From Verrucomicrobiota bacterium (GTDB taxonomy: Bacteria > Verrucomicrobiota > Verrucomicrobiia > Limisphaerales > UBA9464): a DNA stretch of 64,000 bases. Positions 36,228-45,653 of this stretch are shown here, piece after piece. How positions within the stretch are numbered: position 1 is the stretch's first letter; every line of letters starts with the position of its first letter. Below the pieces are notes generated by a model. That model ran no database searches. It was not told the origin of the DNA and saw only the letters and a list, made by a program, of their open reading frames with translations. The position numbers and the translations under genes are program-made. Location: assembly GCA_043788645.1 (NCBI GenBank), contig JAYVTS010000144.1, forward strand, positions 4,736 to 68,735, written 5' to 3'.

Positions 36228-36925
36228 TGAAAATTAGCCCCCTTTCCCTAGTCGCCGCGGCCGTTCTGACCGGGAGCATCACGGGTTGCCGCACCACCCC
36301 CGGCGATCCAAATGAAACCAGCACCGGCTTGCCCTACCATCCACCCCCGGGGATGACCTACGTGGATACCCCGCCTGGTTTCAGCGCCCCGGCCCCCGGG
36401 GAGCCCCTCACCCAACGCCGGTATCTTCCGCCGACACCCGAAATCCCATCCCCCAAGCGACGGTTGCTGACGACCCCCTTGACCAACCCGGCAATCCCGG
36501 AAATTGGAATTAGGTCTCCCGCCAACCCCTTTCCGACGGCGGAGGTAGGCGTGCCACAAAATGAGTGGGTACAAGCGGCCGCCGAGTGGAAAGGTGTGCC
36601 GTACCGACTCGGGGGTACGACCCGGCAGGGAATTGATTGCTCAGGCTTAGTGCAACAGCTGTATCGAGAAGTGCGCCATCAAGAACTTCCTCGAACGACC
36701 TCCGAGCTATTTGCGAAGACGGTCTCCACGGGCGTCAGCGAAGTTCAGCCGGGCGACTTGCTTTTTTTCACTAGTGGGAAGGGCGACGAATCGAGTCACG
36801 TCGGCCTCGTAATTGGCAACCGTGTGTTCGTTCATTCGAGTACCACGCTGGGCGTGACCTACGGTTCCCTAGACGATAAGTATTGGAGCAAGCGCTTTAC
36901 CGGTTCTCGGCGGTATGATCCGTGA
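36227..36925 (+). CDS. C40 family peptidase (NlpC/P60) lipoprotein
   Basis: Lipobox SITGC. Catalytic domain WKGVPYRLGGTTRQGIDCSGLVQQLY ... SHVGLVIGNRVFVHSS. Confidence 0.85.
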   Translation: MKISPLSLVAAAVLTGSITGCRTTPGDPNETSTGLPYHPPPGMTYVDTPPGFSAPAPGEPLTQRRYLPPTPEIPSPKRRLLTTPLTNPAIPEIGIRSPANPFPTAEVGVPQNEWVQAAAEWKGVPYRLGGTTRQGIDCSGLVQQLYREVRHQELPRTTSELFAKTVSTGVSEVQPGDLLFFTSGKGDESSHVGLVIGNRVFVHSSTTLGVTYGSLDDKYWSKRFTGSRRYDP

Positions 36926-37039
36926 GGGTTGGGTGGCTTAATTCACTTACCGACTTCTTCTGGCACAATCTGCCTCGAGATAAAGTCGCAAAGTTCGACG
37001 TGGACGAGCCCGGCTCGGGCCGGTTGCCGTGATTTCTGA

Positions 37040-37852
37040 TCACGGCTCGAGATCCGCTTGCTCCAGCACTTTAAGAATCTTGTCAAACGCTTGCTTCACT
37101 TCGGCGTAGTCCCTCAAATCGATCGTAAAACGGCCGTCCCGATTGGAGCGGGAAACGACGTGCCCATCGGCAAATAGGATATTCGCAAAACGCAGGTCAT
37201 GATGGGTTCGCGGTTTCACGTTGAAAGCGGCTAAATCGGGCGGGCTCAAAAGCATTGAATCAATCGCCAACGCCCGAATGGGTTGCCCCACTCGGTTAAG
37301 TCCCAAGTTGTCGAGCCGAAGGTTCGGGGGCGCCGGGGGCGGTCCGGTTGGATCGAACAGCTCCGTATTTCCACCGTGCCGATAGTAGTAACTCCCTTGT
37401 GATTGAAACCGACCGACCTTTGCCAACTCAGCGCTCGCATCCATAGGCTGATCGGTTCCGGGACAAAATAGCACTCTAGGCTGCGCGGCCAAATGCTGAC
37501 TGAGAAGCAGCCCGAGTCCCACCGGAGCGCCGCCTTGGATCGACAGCAGACTGGTCGGTGAACCGGTCGATGGATAAAAACTCGCTGGACTCGTGAACGG
37601 CGGTGCCTGCGGTCCGTACGGGATGGAGCCCGCGTAATCACTAGAATAGGACTGAATGGCAATTCCGATCTGCCGAAGATTTGACAGGCAGACCGCCTGT
37701 TTACCGGCACGATGAGCCGATGCCAGCGCGGGCAGAAGCAACGCGGCGAGTAGCGCGATGATCGCAATGACGACCAACAATTCGATCAAAGTGAAAGCCC
37801 GACGGCGCGGAACCCGGGGGCGCAAGGGTCGTTTAGTCCAATTTGCTTTCAA
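37040..37852 (-). CDS. DUF1559 domain protein with prepilin-type N-terminal cleavage/methylation domain (H-X9-DG family)
   Basis: [25 protein letters not shown], with C-terminal FADGHV. The ORF stays open to 38083. I placed the start at TTG 37852, about 18 codons before the methylation motif as is usual for the family; the true start is uncertain. Confidence 0.8.
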   Translation of the reverse strand: MKANWTKRPLRPRVPRRRAFTLIELLVVIAIIALLAALLLPALASAHRAGKQAVCLSNLRQIGIAIQSYSSDYAGSIPYGPQAPPFTSPASFYPSTGSPTSLLSIQGGAPVGLGLLLSQHLAAQPRVLFCPGTDQPMDASAELAKVGRFQSQGSYYYRHGGNTELFDPTGPPPAPPNLRLDNLGLNRVGQPIRALAIDSMLLSPPDLAAFNVKPRTHHDLRFANILFADGHVVSRSNRDGRFTIDLRDYAEVKQAFDKILKVLEQADLEP

Positions 37853-38086
37853 AATCAGAGTTGGCGGAGATGAATCTTTGAAGGTTGCGAGGCGTCCCTG
37901 TGGAGAAATTCCCGGAGCATTGGTAACCAGGGACCAACGAGGTCCGCATCGAAAAAAAACCCGCGAAATACCATCATCGTCCACCCAAACCCGCCGTATC
38001 ATCCCCTTTTTTACCCAGTAAACAAGTGGGTATTTTTGCACCACGAATCCTGGAGCGCGCCGGTCCTCTGGCGATCCATGCACCGT

Positions 38087-38848
38087 TCATTCCGCCGCCA
38101 ATTCCGCCCCTACCACCGCCAGGGCCGCCACGGCGGCGGTATCTGCCCGCAGCACGAGCGACCCTAAGGTAAACGGCACAACGCCGACCGCCCGAAACGC
38201 GGCATATTCTGCCGTTGTAAAATCTCCTTCGGGTCCCACGACCACCGCGACCGACTGCGGACGACGCCCGTGACCGGTCGTAAAGTTCGCCACCGCCGCC
38301 CGGATGGACCCCGCCCCCAATTCTAACGAAGCCACCATCCGCAACTCTGGGCTTCGGGAGCTTGAGCCCAAGGACCGCAGCCAATCGTGCGGAGTTGTCG
38401 GGTTGGGCAAATCCGGTAACCAAGGCGTACCACACTGTTTGGCGGCGGCGATCATCGTTGCCCTCCATCCCGCCAGTTTGGATTGCGCGACGGCGGGGGT
38501 TACTTGCACAATACTGTGCTCGGCCGCCAACGGCTGAATCACGGCCGCCCCCAGTTCCGTCCCCTTTTCCAATACGGCATCCCAAGCTCGCCCTTTGAGC
38601 AAGGCCACAACGAGTTGCAATTCCACGAGTCGTTCCGGGTAACGAACGCGTTCTCGAACGGTGACCGTCACGGTTTGTTTCGAGACACTCTCGATGACCC
38701 CGCGAATCTCTGTCCCGACGCCATCCAGGATGATCACTGCCTCACCCATTCGCACCCGCAGCACATTGGCCGCGTGATGTGAATCTTCCGGGGACAACGT
38801 CAATGTCTCTCGGGGTGTCAATTCCGTCGGCAGAAAAAACCGATGCAC
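38087..38848 (-). CDS. rsmE: 16S rRNA (uracil1498-N3)-methyltransferase
   Basis: HRFFLP start motif, HHAANVLRVRMGE, and the C-terminal SPOUT knot VVVGPEGDFT..E. GTG 38848 chosen as the start. Confidence 0.85.
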   Translation of the reverse strand: MHRFFLPTELTPRETLTLSPEDSHHAANVLRVRMGEAVIILDGVGTEIRGVIESVSKQTVTVTVRERVRYPERLVELQLVVALLKGRAWDAVLEKGTELGAAVIQPLAAEHSIVQVTPAVAQSKLAGWRATMIAAAKQCGTPWLPDLPNPTTPHDWLRSLGSSSRSPELRMVASLELGAGSIRAAVANFTTGHGRRPQSVAVVVGPEGDFTTAEYAAFRAVGVVPFTLGSLVLRADTAAVAALAVVGAELAAE

Positions 38849-38950
38849 GCCCGAACTAAAGCGCGAGAAAGCGCCACTGACTAATTCCAATTTGGGTTCA
38901 AGCAGAGCCCATTTCCCTGGATTTTTTTGATGCGAGCCTCGTCGCCCACT

Positions 38951-39008
38951 CGTTACAGATCCGCTACGATTGGGCGGAGTCTTCGCGCTTCGCCCGCATC
39001 AAAAACTC
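38951..39008 (+). repeat. Conserved intergenic element, copy A (CGTTACAGATCC-N19-TTCGCGCTTCGCCCGCATCAAAAACTC)
   Basis: It shares both blocks and their spacing with 59414..59469, and lies 75-130 nt upstream of the tsaC/sua5 ATG. Confidence 0.7.
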
Positions 39009-39082
39009 CGGTGCGCCATCGTCGACTTTCAAACCCAAACGGGAATAACGAGTGCGCCGCAAAAGATTTAGAAGTGAACTCA

Positions 39083-40141
39083 ATGACCTCCTATCTCTTT
39101 CCCGACATGTCGTCTGGGATCGCGGAAGTTTTGCCCACTCACACGCCCGCGCTCTTTGCGGCGGCGGTAGCGCGTGCGAGCGCGGCGCTGCGAGCCGGTG
39201 AGATAGTGGCCCTACCGACCGAGACGGTGTATGGCTTGGCTGCCAATGCACTGGACCCGGCAGCGGTGGCGAAAATATATGCGCTCAAAGATCGGCCGCC
39301 TCACAATCCGATTATCCTTCATGTTGCGTCACGTCCTCTGGCCTGCGCCTGTGCGAGCCATTGGCCGCAGCTCGCTGATCAACTCGGTGAAGCATTCTGG
39401 CCGGGACCACTGACCTTGGTCGTGCCGAAAGCCGCTCACATCCCCGACATTGTTACGGCGGGTGGACCCACCGTAGGCATTCGCTGGCCGCAACATCCCT
39501 TCATGCAGGCGGTGATTCGGGCCTGTGGCTTCCCGCTGGCCGCCCCCAGTGCCAATCTTTCCAATCAACTTTCACCGACTGCCGCCGCGCATGTGGTTCG
39601 ACACCTCGGCCACCGGCTCTCGCTCATTGTCGACGGCGGAGATGCTAACGTGGGCATCGAAAGCACGGTCGTCGACGTCTCGGGGATAAGTCCCCGGATT
39701 CTTCGCCCGGGCATGATTGACGCCGCGGCGATTGCTAAAGTGGTGGGCACCCCTACTTCGTTCACACACGAAAAAAAAACCTCCCCAGATAACGCCGGAG
39801 CGCCGCTACGCAGTCCGGGCTTATTAGCCAAGCACTACTCGCCCCGCGCTCGACTTCATATCCTTCAGTGGACCGACGAGCTCGATTTGCAGCAACAACT
39901 TCGGGGCGCGGCTTTGGCAAACGATCAATGCTGGATTCTCGCTCACACCCACGTTCCACTCAGCGGTGCGTTTCCGCAGGTTTCTATCATTCCGCACGAT
40001 CCCGAAGCCTATGCCCGCGCCTTATATGGCGAATTACACCGATGCGACGACGCCAACGCAAAATTCATTATCATTGAAGCGCCCCCTGAAGGTCACGCCT
40101 GGGAAGCGATCAAGGATCGCCTCCGCCGAGCCGCCGCGTGA
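39083..40141 (+). CDS. tsaC: L-threonylcarbamoyladenylate synthase (YrdC plus Sua5 domains)
   Basis: VALPTETVYGLAANALDPAAVAKIYALKDRPPHNPIILHV, SANLSNQLSPT, and a C-terminal Sua5 domain. Start at ATG 39083. Confidence 0.88.
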   Translation: MTSYLFPDMSSGIAEVLPTHTPALFAAAVARASAALRAGEIVALPTETVYGLAANALDPAAVAKIYALKDRPPHNPIILHVASRPLACACASHWPQLADQLGEAFWPGPLTLVVPKAAHIPDIVTAGGPTVGIRWPQHPFMQAVIRACGFPLAAPSANLSNQLSPTAAAHVVRHLGHRLSLIVDGGDANVGIESTVVDVSGISPRILRPGMIDAAAIAKVVGTPTSFTHEKKTSPDNAGAPLRSPGLLAKHYSPRARLHILQWTDELDLQQQLRGAALANDQCWILAHTHVPLSGAFPQVSIIPHDPEAYARALYGELHRCDDANAKFIIIEAPPEGHAWEAIKDRLRRAAA

Positions 40142-40174
40142 CAACGGTCACTCATCCCTCGCCTTATCCTTCCA

Positions 40175-41116
40175 ATGTCTTCCTCTCCGCGCCTAATATT
40201 CATGGGCACCGCTGATCTGGCCGCCACGGTGTTAAGCCGTTTGACGGATTCGTTTCCCGGTCAGGTATTGGGCGTCGTCAGTCAGCCGGATCGCCCGAAG
40301 GGCCGCGACTTGCAATGGTCGCCGACGCCGGTCAAAGCCGAAGCGATGCGGAGAGGGTTGCCTGTGTGGCAGCCGGAGAAGGCCCGTTCGCTCGAGTTTC
40401 AAACGCAACTTCGGGAGCTAAAACCAGACCTCCTGGTCGTCGCTGCTTATGGGCAAGTGCTCCCGCCTTCATTGCTCGAAATCCCCCGGCTAGGTTGTCT
40501 TAATGTGCATACCTCCTTGCTTCCGCGCTGGCGAGGTGCCGCCCCGATTCAAAGGGCGATTGCGACCGGTGACGCCGTCACCGGGGTAACGCTCATGCGA
40601 ATGGATGCAGGTCTTGATACCGGTCCGATGCTGGCTAGCTGCACGACTGAAATCGAGGACACCGATACCGGCCAAACGCTTCATGACCGCTTGGCCCAAT
40701 TGGGTGGGGATCTCCTGGTGGAATCTCTGCCAGCCTATTTCGCGGGTCAACTCCTCGCCCAAGCACAACCGCTGGAAGGCGTTACCTACGCCCGTAAAAT
40801 CACGAGAGAGGAGGGTCGCGTCGATTGGACCCAATCGGCTGACGTCCTCTGGCGGCAGTTGCGAGCGTTCACGCCGTGGCCCGGGACGTTTGCGTTTCTT
40901 CCCGGGGAGCCAAAACCAAAATTGCTCAAGATACACGCCGCAGTTCCTACCTCAGGCCGAGGCCAGCCGGGTTCAATTCTATCGACTGATAAATCCGGTC
41001 TCGAGATTGCTTGCGGCCAAGGCGCGCTCCGCATTACCGCGTTGCAGATTGAAGGTGGCAAACGCCTCAACATCGCGCAATTTCTCGCGGGACATCGAGT
41101 CACCTGCCTGGAATAA
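40175..41116 (+). CDS. fmt: Methionyl-tRNA formyltransferase
   Basis: LIFMGTADLAA, NVHTSLLPRWRGAAPIQRAI, and a C-terminal OB-like domain. Confidence 0.92.
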   Translation: MSSSPRLIFMGTADLAATVLSRLTDSFPGQVLGVVSQPDRPKGRDLQWSPTPVKAEAMRRGLPVWQPEKARSLEFQTQLRELKPDLLVVAAYGQVLPPSLLEIPRLGCLNVHTSLLPRWRGAAPIQRAIATGDAVTGVTLMRMDAGLDTGPMLASCTTEIEDTDTGQTLHDRLAQLGGDLLVESLPAYFAGQLLAQAQPLEGVTYARKITREEGRVDWTQSADVLWRQLRAFTPWPGTFAFLPGEPKPKLLKIHAAVPTSGRGQPGSILSTDKSGLEIACGQGALRITALQIEGGKRLNIAQFLAGHRVTCLE

Positions 41117-41123
41117 GGCTCGG

Positions 41124-41453
41124 TCAAAGCTCATCGGCAAAAATCTGACGTCCGCGTATCATCCCAAGGGGACAGGAAATGGATACGTCATCACGCTGGG
41201 TGGACGACGCATTTATTGTTCGGGTGACACGGAGGATATTCCCGAAATGCGTGCGCTGCAGAATATCGACGTCGCCTTTGTTTGTATGAATCTGCCGTTT
41301 ACGATGCCGGTCAACAAAGCGGCGAGTATCGTCCGTGGCTTTCGACCCAAGATCGTCTATCCCTACCATTTTTCCGACTCCAATACGCAACAGTTTAAGA
41401 ATCTGGTCGGCACGGATCTCAATATTGAGGTCCGGATCCGGAAATGGTACTGA
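41124..41453 (+). pseudogene. 5'-truncated MBL-fold metallo-hydrolase remnant (C-terminal ~105 aa only)
   Basis: HPKGTGNGYVITLGGRRIYCSGDTEDIPEMRALQNIDVAFVCMNLPFTMPVNKAASIVRGFRPKIVYPYHF...VRIRKWY is the C-terminal half of a ~250-aa secreted MBL family. The frame upstream of 41116 overlaps fmt and reads as nonsense, and no start codon is available. Confidence 0.55.
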
Positions 41454-41458
41454 ACCTT

Positions 41459-41884
41459 CTAAACCAAAGGCCAAGCCGCTTGGTGCAAACGGACTAATAA
41501 TCGGGCATCGGCGGCAGGGAATTCGTATTGATTTAACTGCACTCGAGTCACCCAGGCCAAGGCAGCGCACTCTAACGTCTGGGGTTCACCCCTCAACCAC
41601 TGGCAAAGGTAAAAACGCAGGTGAACGGTTTTATCCGAGTAGGAATGGGTGATTTCTTCAAACAGGCTGACGACTTCAACTTCGGTAGCCAACTCTTCGC
41701 GGAGTTCGCGATGGAGGCCCTCGATCCAGTCTTCGCCGGGTTCTAACTTGCCGCCGGGGAATTCCCAAAGGCCCGCCAAATGTTTGTGCGTTGGACGTTG
41801 AGCGATCAGGAGGTGATCGCCCCGAAAAATCAGCGCAGCAACCACCGGAATGGCGGGCATGGCGGGCAAATGGACTTCGTTCAA
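41459..41884 (-). CDS. mutT: NUDIX hydrolase, MutT-like (8-oxo-dGTP diphosphatase family)
   Basis: Nudix box GGKLEPGEDWIEGLHRELREELATEV, preceded by GLWEFPGG. Confidence 0.85.
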   Translation of the reverse strand: MNEVHLPAMPAIPVVAALIFRGDHLLIAQRPTHKHLAGLWEFPGGKLEPGEDWIEGLHRELREELATEVEVVSLFEEITHSYSDKTVHLRFYLCQWLRGEPQTLECAALAWVTRVQLNQYEFPAADARLLVRLHQAAWPLV

Positions 41885-41893
41885 TGCGTTTGC

Positions 41894-43192
41894 TTAGCGG
41901 CCCACACCTTTATAAATGAAACCGAGTGCTTCAACCTCTGCCCGATCCAGGAGATTGCGGCCATCAAAGATGATCGGTGTCACCATCGTTTTACGAGCGC
42001 GGACGAGATCTAGTTTGCCGAATTCGGGCCACTCGGTGGCGAGTACCAAAGCGTCGCAGCCGTCCGGTACGGCCGCCATGCCTGGCAGGTACTCGACCCG
42101 ATCTGAGGGCGGTAAGAGGATTTTGGCTTTGTTCATCGCCTGGGGATCATAGACGCGGAGGCTGGCTCCCTCTTTGAGCAGGCGTTGGCAAAGCTCTAGC
42201 GCCGGGGATTGTCGGACGTCATCGGTGTTTTGTTTGAACGCCAGACCCAGTACGCCAATGCGTTTGTCTTTTAGGACCCACAAGGTGTCCGAGATTTTTT
42301 TTAAAAAACGGTCCATTTGATCCGCATTAATACGCTGAACTTCTTTGAGGAGCCGGAAGTCGTAACCGAGTTGCTCGGATATGCGGATAAATGCGCTGAG
42401 ATCCTTCGGAAAACAGGACCCTCCGAACCCGATCCCAGCGTTGAGGAAGCGGCGTCCGATCCGTTCATCCATGCCCATGCCTTGGGCGACCTCCAGGACG
42501 TTTGCGCCGGCCGATTCGCAGATCGCCGCGATGGCGTTGATATAGCTGATCTTGAGGGCGAGGAACGAATTCGCGGCGTGCTTAATGAGTTCCGCCGAAT
42601 TCGTGTCGGTAACAATCAGCGGCGCGTCAAATGGAGCATAGAGTTCCCGCAAGGCCGCCGTGGGTCGTGGGCTGGACGTGCCCACCACGATCCGATCTGG
42701 TTTCCGCAGATCTTCAACGGCAAACCCTTCTCGGAGGAACTCGGGATTGGAGACGACGTCAAAATCAACCTTTGTCCGGGCGTAGCGTCGGATGGTTTCG
42801 GCGACTTTCTCGCCGGTTTTTACGGGAACCGTGCTTTTATCAACAATGATGCGGTAACCCGTGAGGTTGGTGGCGATTTCGCGGGCGACTCCTTCGATGA
42901 AACTGAGGTCCACGCCCCCATCCGGCAGGGGCGGAGTCGGAACACAGATAAAAATGATTTCCGAGGCAGCGACCCCGGCGGCGATGGAGTGGGTGAATTG
43001 CAGACGGCCGGCGGCGGTCATGGCTTTCACCAACTCTTCGAGGCCAGGCTCAAACAACGGGATTCCGCCCCGCTGAAGAACTTCGACCTTTTGACGGTCA
43101 TTGTCGACGCAGATGACGTGGTGACCGACCTCAGCGAAGCAGGCGCCTGTCACGAGGCCAACGTAACCGGTGCCAATGATAGCGAGTTTCAC
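41894..43192 (-). CDS. ugd: UDP-glucose 6-dehydrogenase
   Basis: MKLAIIGTGYVGLVTGACFAEVGH, catalytic GFGGSCFPKD, and a C-terminal UDP-binding domain. Confidence 0.9.
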   Translation of the reverse strand: MKLAIIGTGYVGLVTGACFAEVGHHVICVDNDRQKVEVLQRGGIPLFEPGLEELVKAMTAAGRLQFTHSIAAGVAASEIIFICVPTPPLPDGGVDLSFIEGVAREIATNLTGYRIIVDKSTVPVKTGEKVAETIRRYARTKVDFDVVSNPEFLREGFAVEDLRKPDRIVVGTSSPRPTAALRELYAPFDAPLIVTDTNSAELIKHAANSFLALKISYINAIAAICESAGANVLEVAQGMGMDERIGRRFLNAGIGFGGSCFPKDLSAFIRISEQLGYDFRLLKEVQRINADQMDRFLKKISDTLWVLKDKRIGVLGLAFKQNTDDVRQSPALELCQRLLKEGASLRVYDPQAMNKAKILLPPSDRVEYLPGMAAVPDGCDALVLATEWPEFGKLDLVRARKTMVTPIIFDGRNLLDRAEVEALGFIYKGVGR

Positions 43193-43358
43193 GAAACTGG
43201 AGGCAAACGATGGGGTAGAGCTGGGTGACCGATCCTTTGGGTGATAGGCTCCGTTCGCGCCTTGTCAGAATCAAAATCTTGGCAATCCAGAGTCTCGTCT
43301 TGGGAAAGCGACTTGAATTCAGGATGATCGCGAGCGGGACGTAGCGTCGTCGCTTCGA

Positions 43359-44060
43359 TCACTTGGCGGGGACGGGGGCAACACTCGCCGCGGGGGGAAT
43401 CTCAGCCGGTTTGGTATCGAGTTCAGGATGGCGACGAACCAATTCCGTCCTGAGCTGGGACGCTTCCGTAGCCGACGCGGACGTGGGCAGCTTGATCACT
43501 GCATCATACATGGCCAAGGCTTCCTTAAATTGGCCGAGGGATTCATGCACCCGCCCTTTGGTGATTCGGGCGAGACCAGCGAGGTGTCGTGCGCCGGGAA
43601 AATCGATCACCTGTTGGTAGGCGTTTAGGGCTTCGGTGGTCTTATTTTCGGCGTCGAAACACGCAGCGAGACCATACTGAGCGGAGGCCGCCAAGTCATC
43701 GGTCCCGTTCGAATTGGCGGCGGCATCGAATTGAGCCCGAGCTTCCGCAAACTTACCGTCCTCGAACAGGGATTTGCCGGCCAAGAGCGCGGCCTGGGCG
43801 GCGGCGGGGGTCCCTGGGTGATCCGCGATAATCTTTCGAAGTTCCGCAATGGGGGCCTTCTCTTTGGTCGCAGCCAGGGTTGCCAAGAGGGCGCCGCTCG
43901 AAGTTTCGAGTTTGGATCGCACTAGGCCTTTCCACAGAATGACTCCCGCGGCCGCCGCAACGATCACGCCCAGGCCAATGAAAACGGCCTTTTTATTGAC
44001 TTCGTACCAGGTCAGCAGGTCGATTGGCAGGGCTTCAACCTGCTTTGCCACTTCGCTCAT
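43359..44060 (-). CDS. Membrane-anchored tetratricopeptide-repeat protein (YfgM-like architecture)
   Basis: Single TM (AVFIGLGVIVAAAAGVILW), followed by TPR-like helices (GKFAEARAQFDAAA, TEALNAYQQVI, FKEALAMYDAVI). Confidence 0.6.
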   Translation of the reverse strand: MSEVAKQVEALPIDLLTWYEVNKKAVFIGLGVIVAAAAGVILWKGLVRSKLETSSGALLATLAATKEKAPIAELRKIIADHPGTPAAAQAALLAGKSLFEDGKFAEARAQFDAAANSNGTDDLAASAQYGLAACFDAENKTTEALNAYQQVIDFPGARHLAGLARITKGRVHESLGQFKEALAMYDAVIKLPTSASATEASQLRTELVRRHPELDTKPAEIPPAASVAPVPAK

Positions 44061-44671
44061 GAGGGGGCGGATATTGCGGATTGAGCGGGGGGTGGGCAAG
44101 AAGGGTTTAGGGCACCCACCTTGGAAAATTCGCGCGCCGATGTGTTCTGGGTTCTGGAAAAATTGCTGGCAATGTGCCGGGCGGTGTCCGCCGGGGACCG
44201 AAAATCGACTCCGACCAAGTGATCAGCGTTCCGGTAGGAGGGCGCGCGACGCTGCATCAATTCGCGAATGGTGGCCAGTGGATCCGAGGTTTGGAGGAGC
44301 GGCCGATGGGTCTGGTGTTGGAGCCGTGAAAAAATGGTTTCCGGCGATGCCCAAAGACAGACCACCAAAGCGTGGCGCCGCAAGCTTTCGAGGTTGGCCG
44401 GATCTACGATGAACCCGCCACCCGTGGAAATGACGTGATGACTCAGCGTTTCCAATTCCAGAGCTACATGGCGTTCCTGTTCCCGGAAATAGGCCTCACC
44501 CCGCGTCGCAAATACGTCACTAATTCGGCTTCCTTCGCGTGCTTCAATCAGGCGGTCTGTATCTTTGAACTCAAACTTAAGCAAGTGGGCTACGATCTGG
44601 CCCACGGTCGTTTTGCCCGCACCCATGAAGCCAACGAGGGCGATGTTGCGAATATGCCGGTCGGCTAACAT
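44057..44671 (-). CDS. aroK: Shikimate kinase
   Basis: IALVGFMGAGKTTVGQ, FKDTD, and the SKI-family EAYFREQE and ISTGGG motifs. Start at ATG 44671. Confidence 0.88.
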   Translation of the reverse strand: MLADRHIRNIALVGFMGAGKTTVGQIVAHLLKFEFKDTDRLIEAREGSRISDVFATRGEAYFREQERHVALELETLSHHVISTGGGFIVDPANLESLRRHALVVCLWASPETIFSRLQHQTHRPLLQTSDPLATIRELMQRRAPSYRNADHLVGVDFRSPADTARHIASNFSRTQNTSAREFSKVGALNPSCPPPAQSAISAPS

Positions 44672-44746
44672 TTTAAACAGTGTGGCGGGTTGGGCGCCCC
44701 TCAGACAACAATTCGCCGACCCGGTCTGATCCGCTACTTTTTGCCC

Positions 44747-45370
44747 ATGAACGAGGCCACTTTGGCGCATCTAGCAAAAGCGGATCCGGTTTTGCGACGA
44801 GTCATCCGTGAGATCGGCGCGTGTACGTTGCGGCCTGAAAGACGACGTTCTCCCTTTGAATCGTTGGTCCGCGCCGTGGCCCATCAACAGCTGAATGGAA
44901 CCGCCGCCGAAACCATCCTGGGTCGGTTCCTGGCTCTATTTCCGGGACGACGATTCCCGGAACCTACGGATCTCGCGGAAGTAACGGACGAGGCGATTCG
45001 GGCTGCCGGATTCTCTCGAGCCAAATTGGCGGCGATTCGGGACATTGCGGCTCGGTCGATCACCGGGGTAGTGCCGACTTCTCGACAGATTACCCGATTG
45101 TCCGACGAGGAAATCGTGACCCGGCTCACCGAATGCCGCGGGGTGGGTCGGTGGACCGCCGAAATGCTGCTCATTTTCAAACTCGGGCGTCCGGATGTTT
45201 TGCCGGTCGATGATTTCGGCGTGCGCCAGGGCTTCAAAGTGGCCTACGGGCTTGCCGATCAACCGAAGCCGAAGGAATTGCTGGCGTACGGTGAGCTGTG
45301 GGCACCTTATCGAACCACCGCCGCGTGGTATCTATGGCGGGTCGCGGATCAAGCCAAGGAAGCCAGGTGA
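44747..45370 (+). CDS. DNA-3-methyladenine glycosylase II-like (HhH-GPD superfamily)
   Basis: FESLVRAVAHQQLNGTAA, the HhH element CRGVGRWTAEMLLIF, and catalytic Asp in LPVDDFGVRQG. Confidence 0.8.
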   Translation: MNEATLAHLAKADPVLRRVIREIGACTLRPERRRSPFESLVRAVAHQQLNGTAAETILGRFLALFPGRRFPEPTDLAEVTDEAIRAAGFSRAKLAAIRDIAARSITGVVPTSRQITRLSDEEIVTRLTECRGVGRWTAEMLLIFKLGRPDVLPVDDFGVRQGFKVAYGLADQPKPKELLAYGELWAPYRTTAAWYLWRVADQAKEAR

Positions 45371-45411
45371 TCGGTTGAATCGGTCCGGTTACTGATCGGA
45401 CCATGGGATCA

Positions 45412-45486
45412 GAACCACGGATTCATAAGGATGGGAAAGGTTCGCAATTTAGCCAATCCGCGTTTATCAGCGTGCATCCGTGGTTC
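45412..45486. repeat. Short copy of the GAACC(A/G)CGGAT ... ATCCG(T/C)GGTTC inverted-repeat element
   Basis: gaaccacggattcataaggatgggaaaggttcgcaatttagccaatccgcgtttatcagcgtgcatccgtggttc. It has the same termini, the same GGATGGG box and the same agccaat loop word as the 61.7-kb copy. Confidence 0.8.
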
Positions 45487-45653
45487 TCGGCGCCGCTCTC
45501 CGAAGACCCGGCGCCTTCGCGCCGGGCGGCCAGCGAAGGCGTCGGCCGGTCCGAACTTCCCCGGGGCGGGTGCCGCCCCGGCACCCACGCGCGACGAAGG
45601 GAGCGCGTCCCTCCCAAAAACACCGGACACGGACAAGAAGAGGTCGCCTTGCA

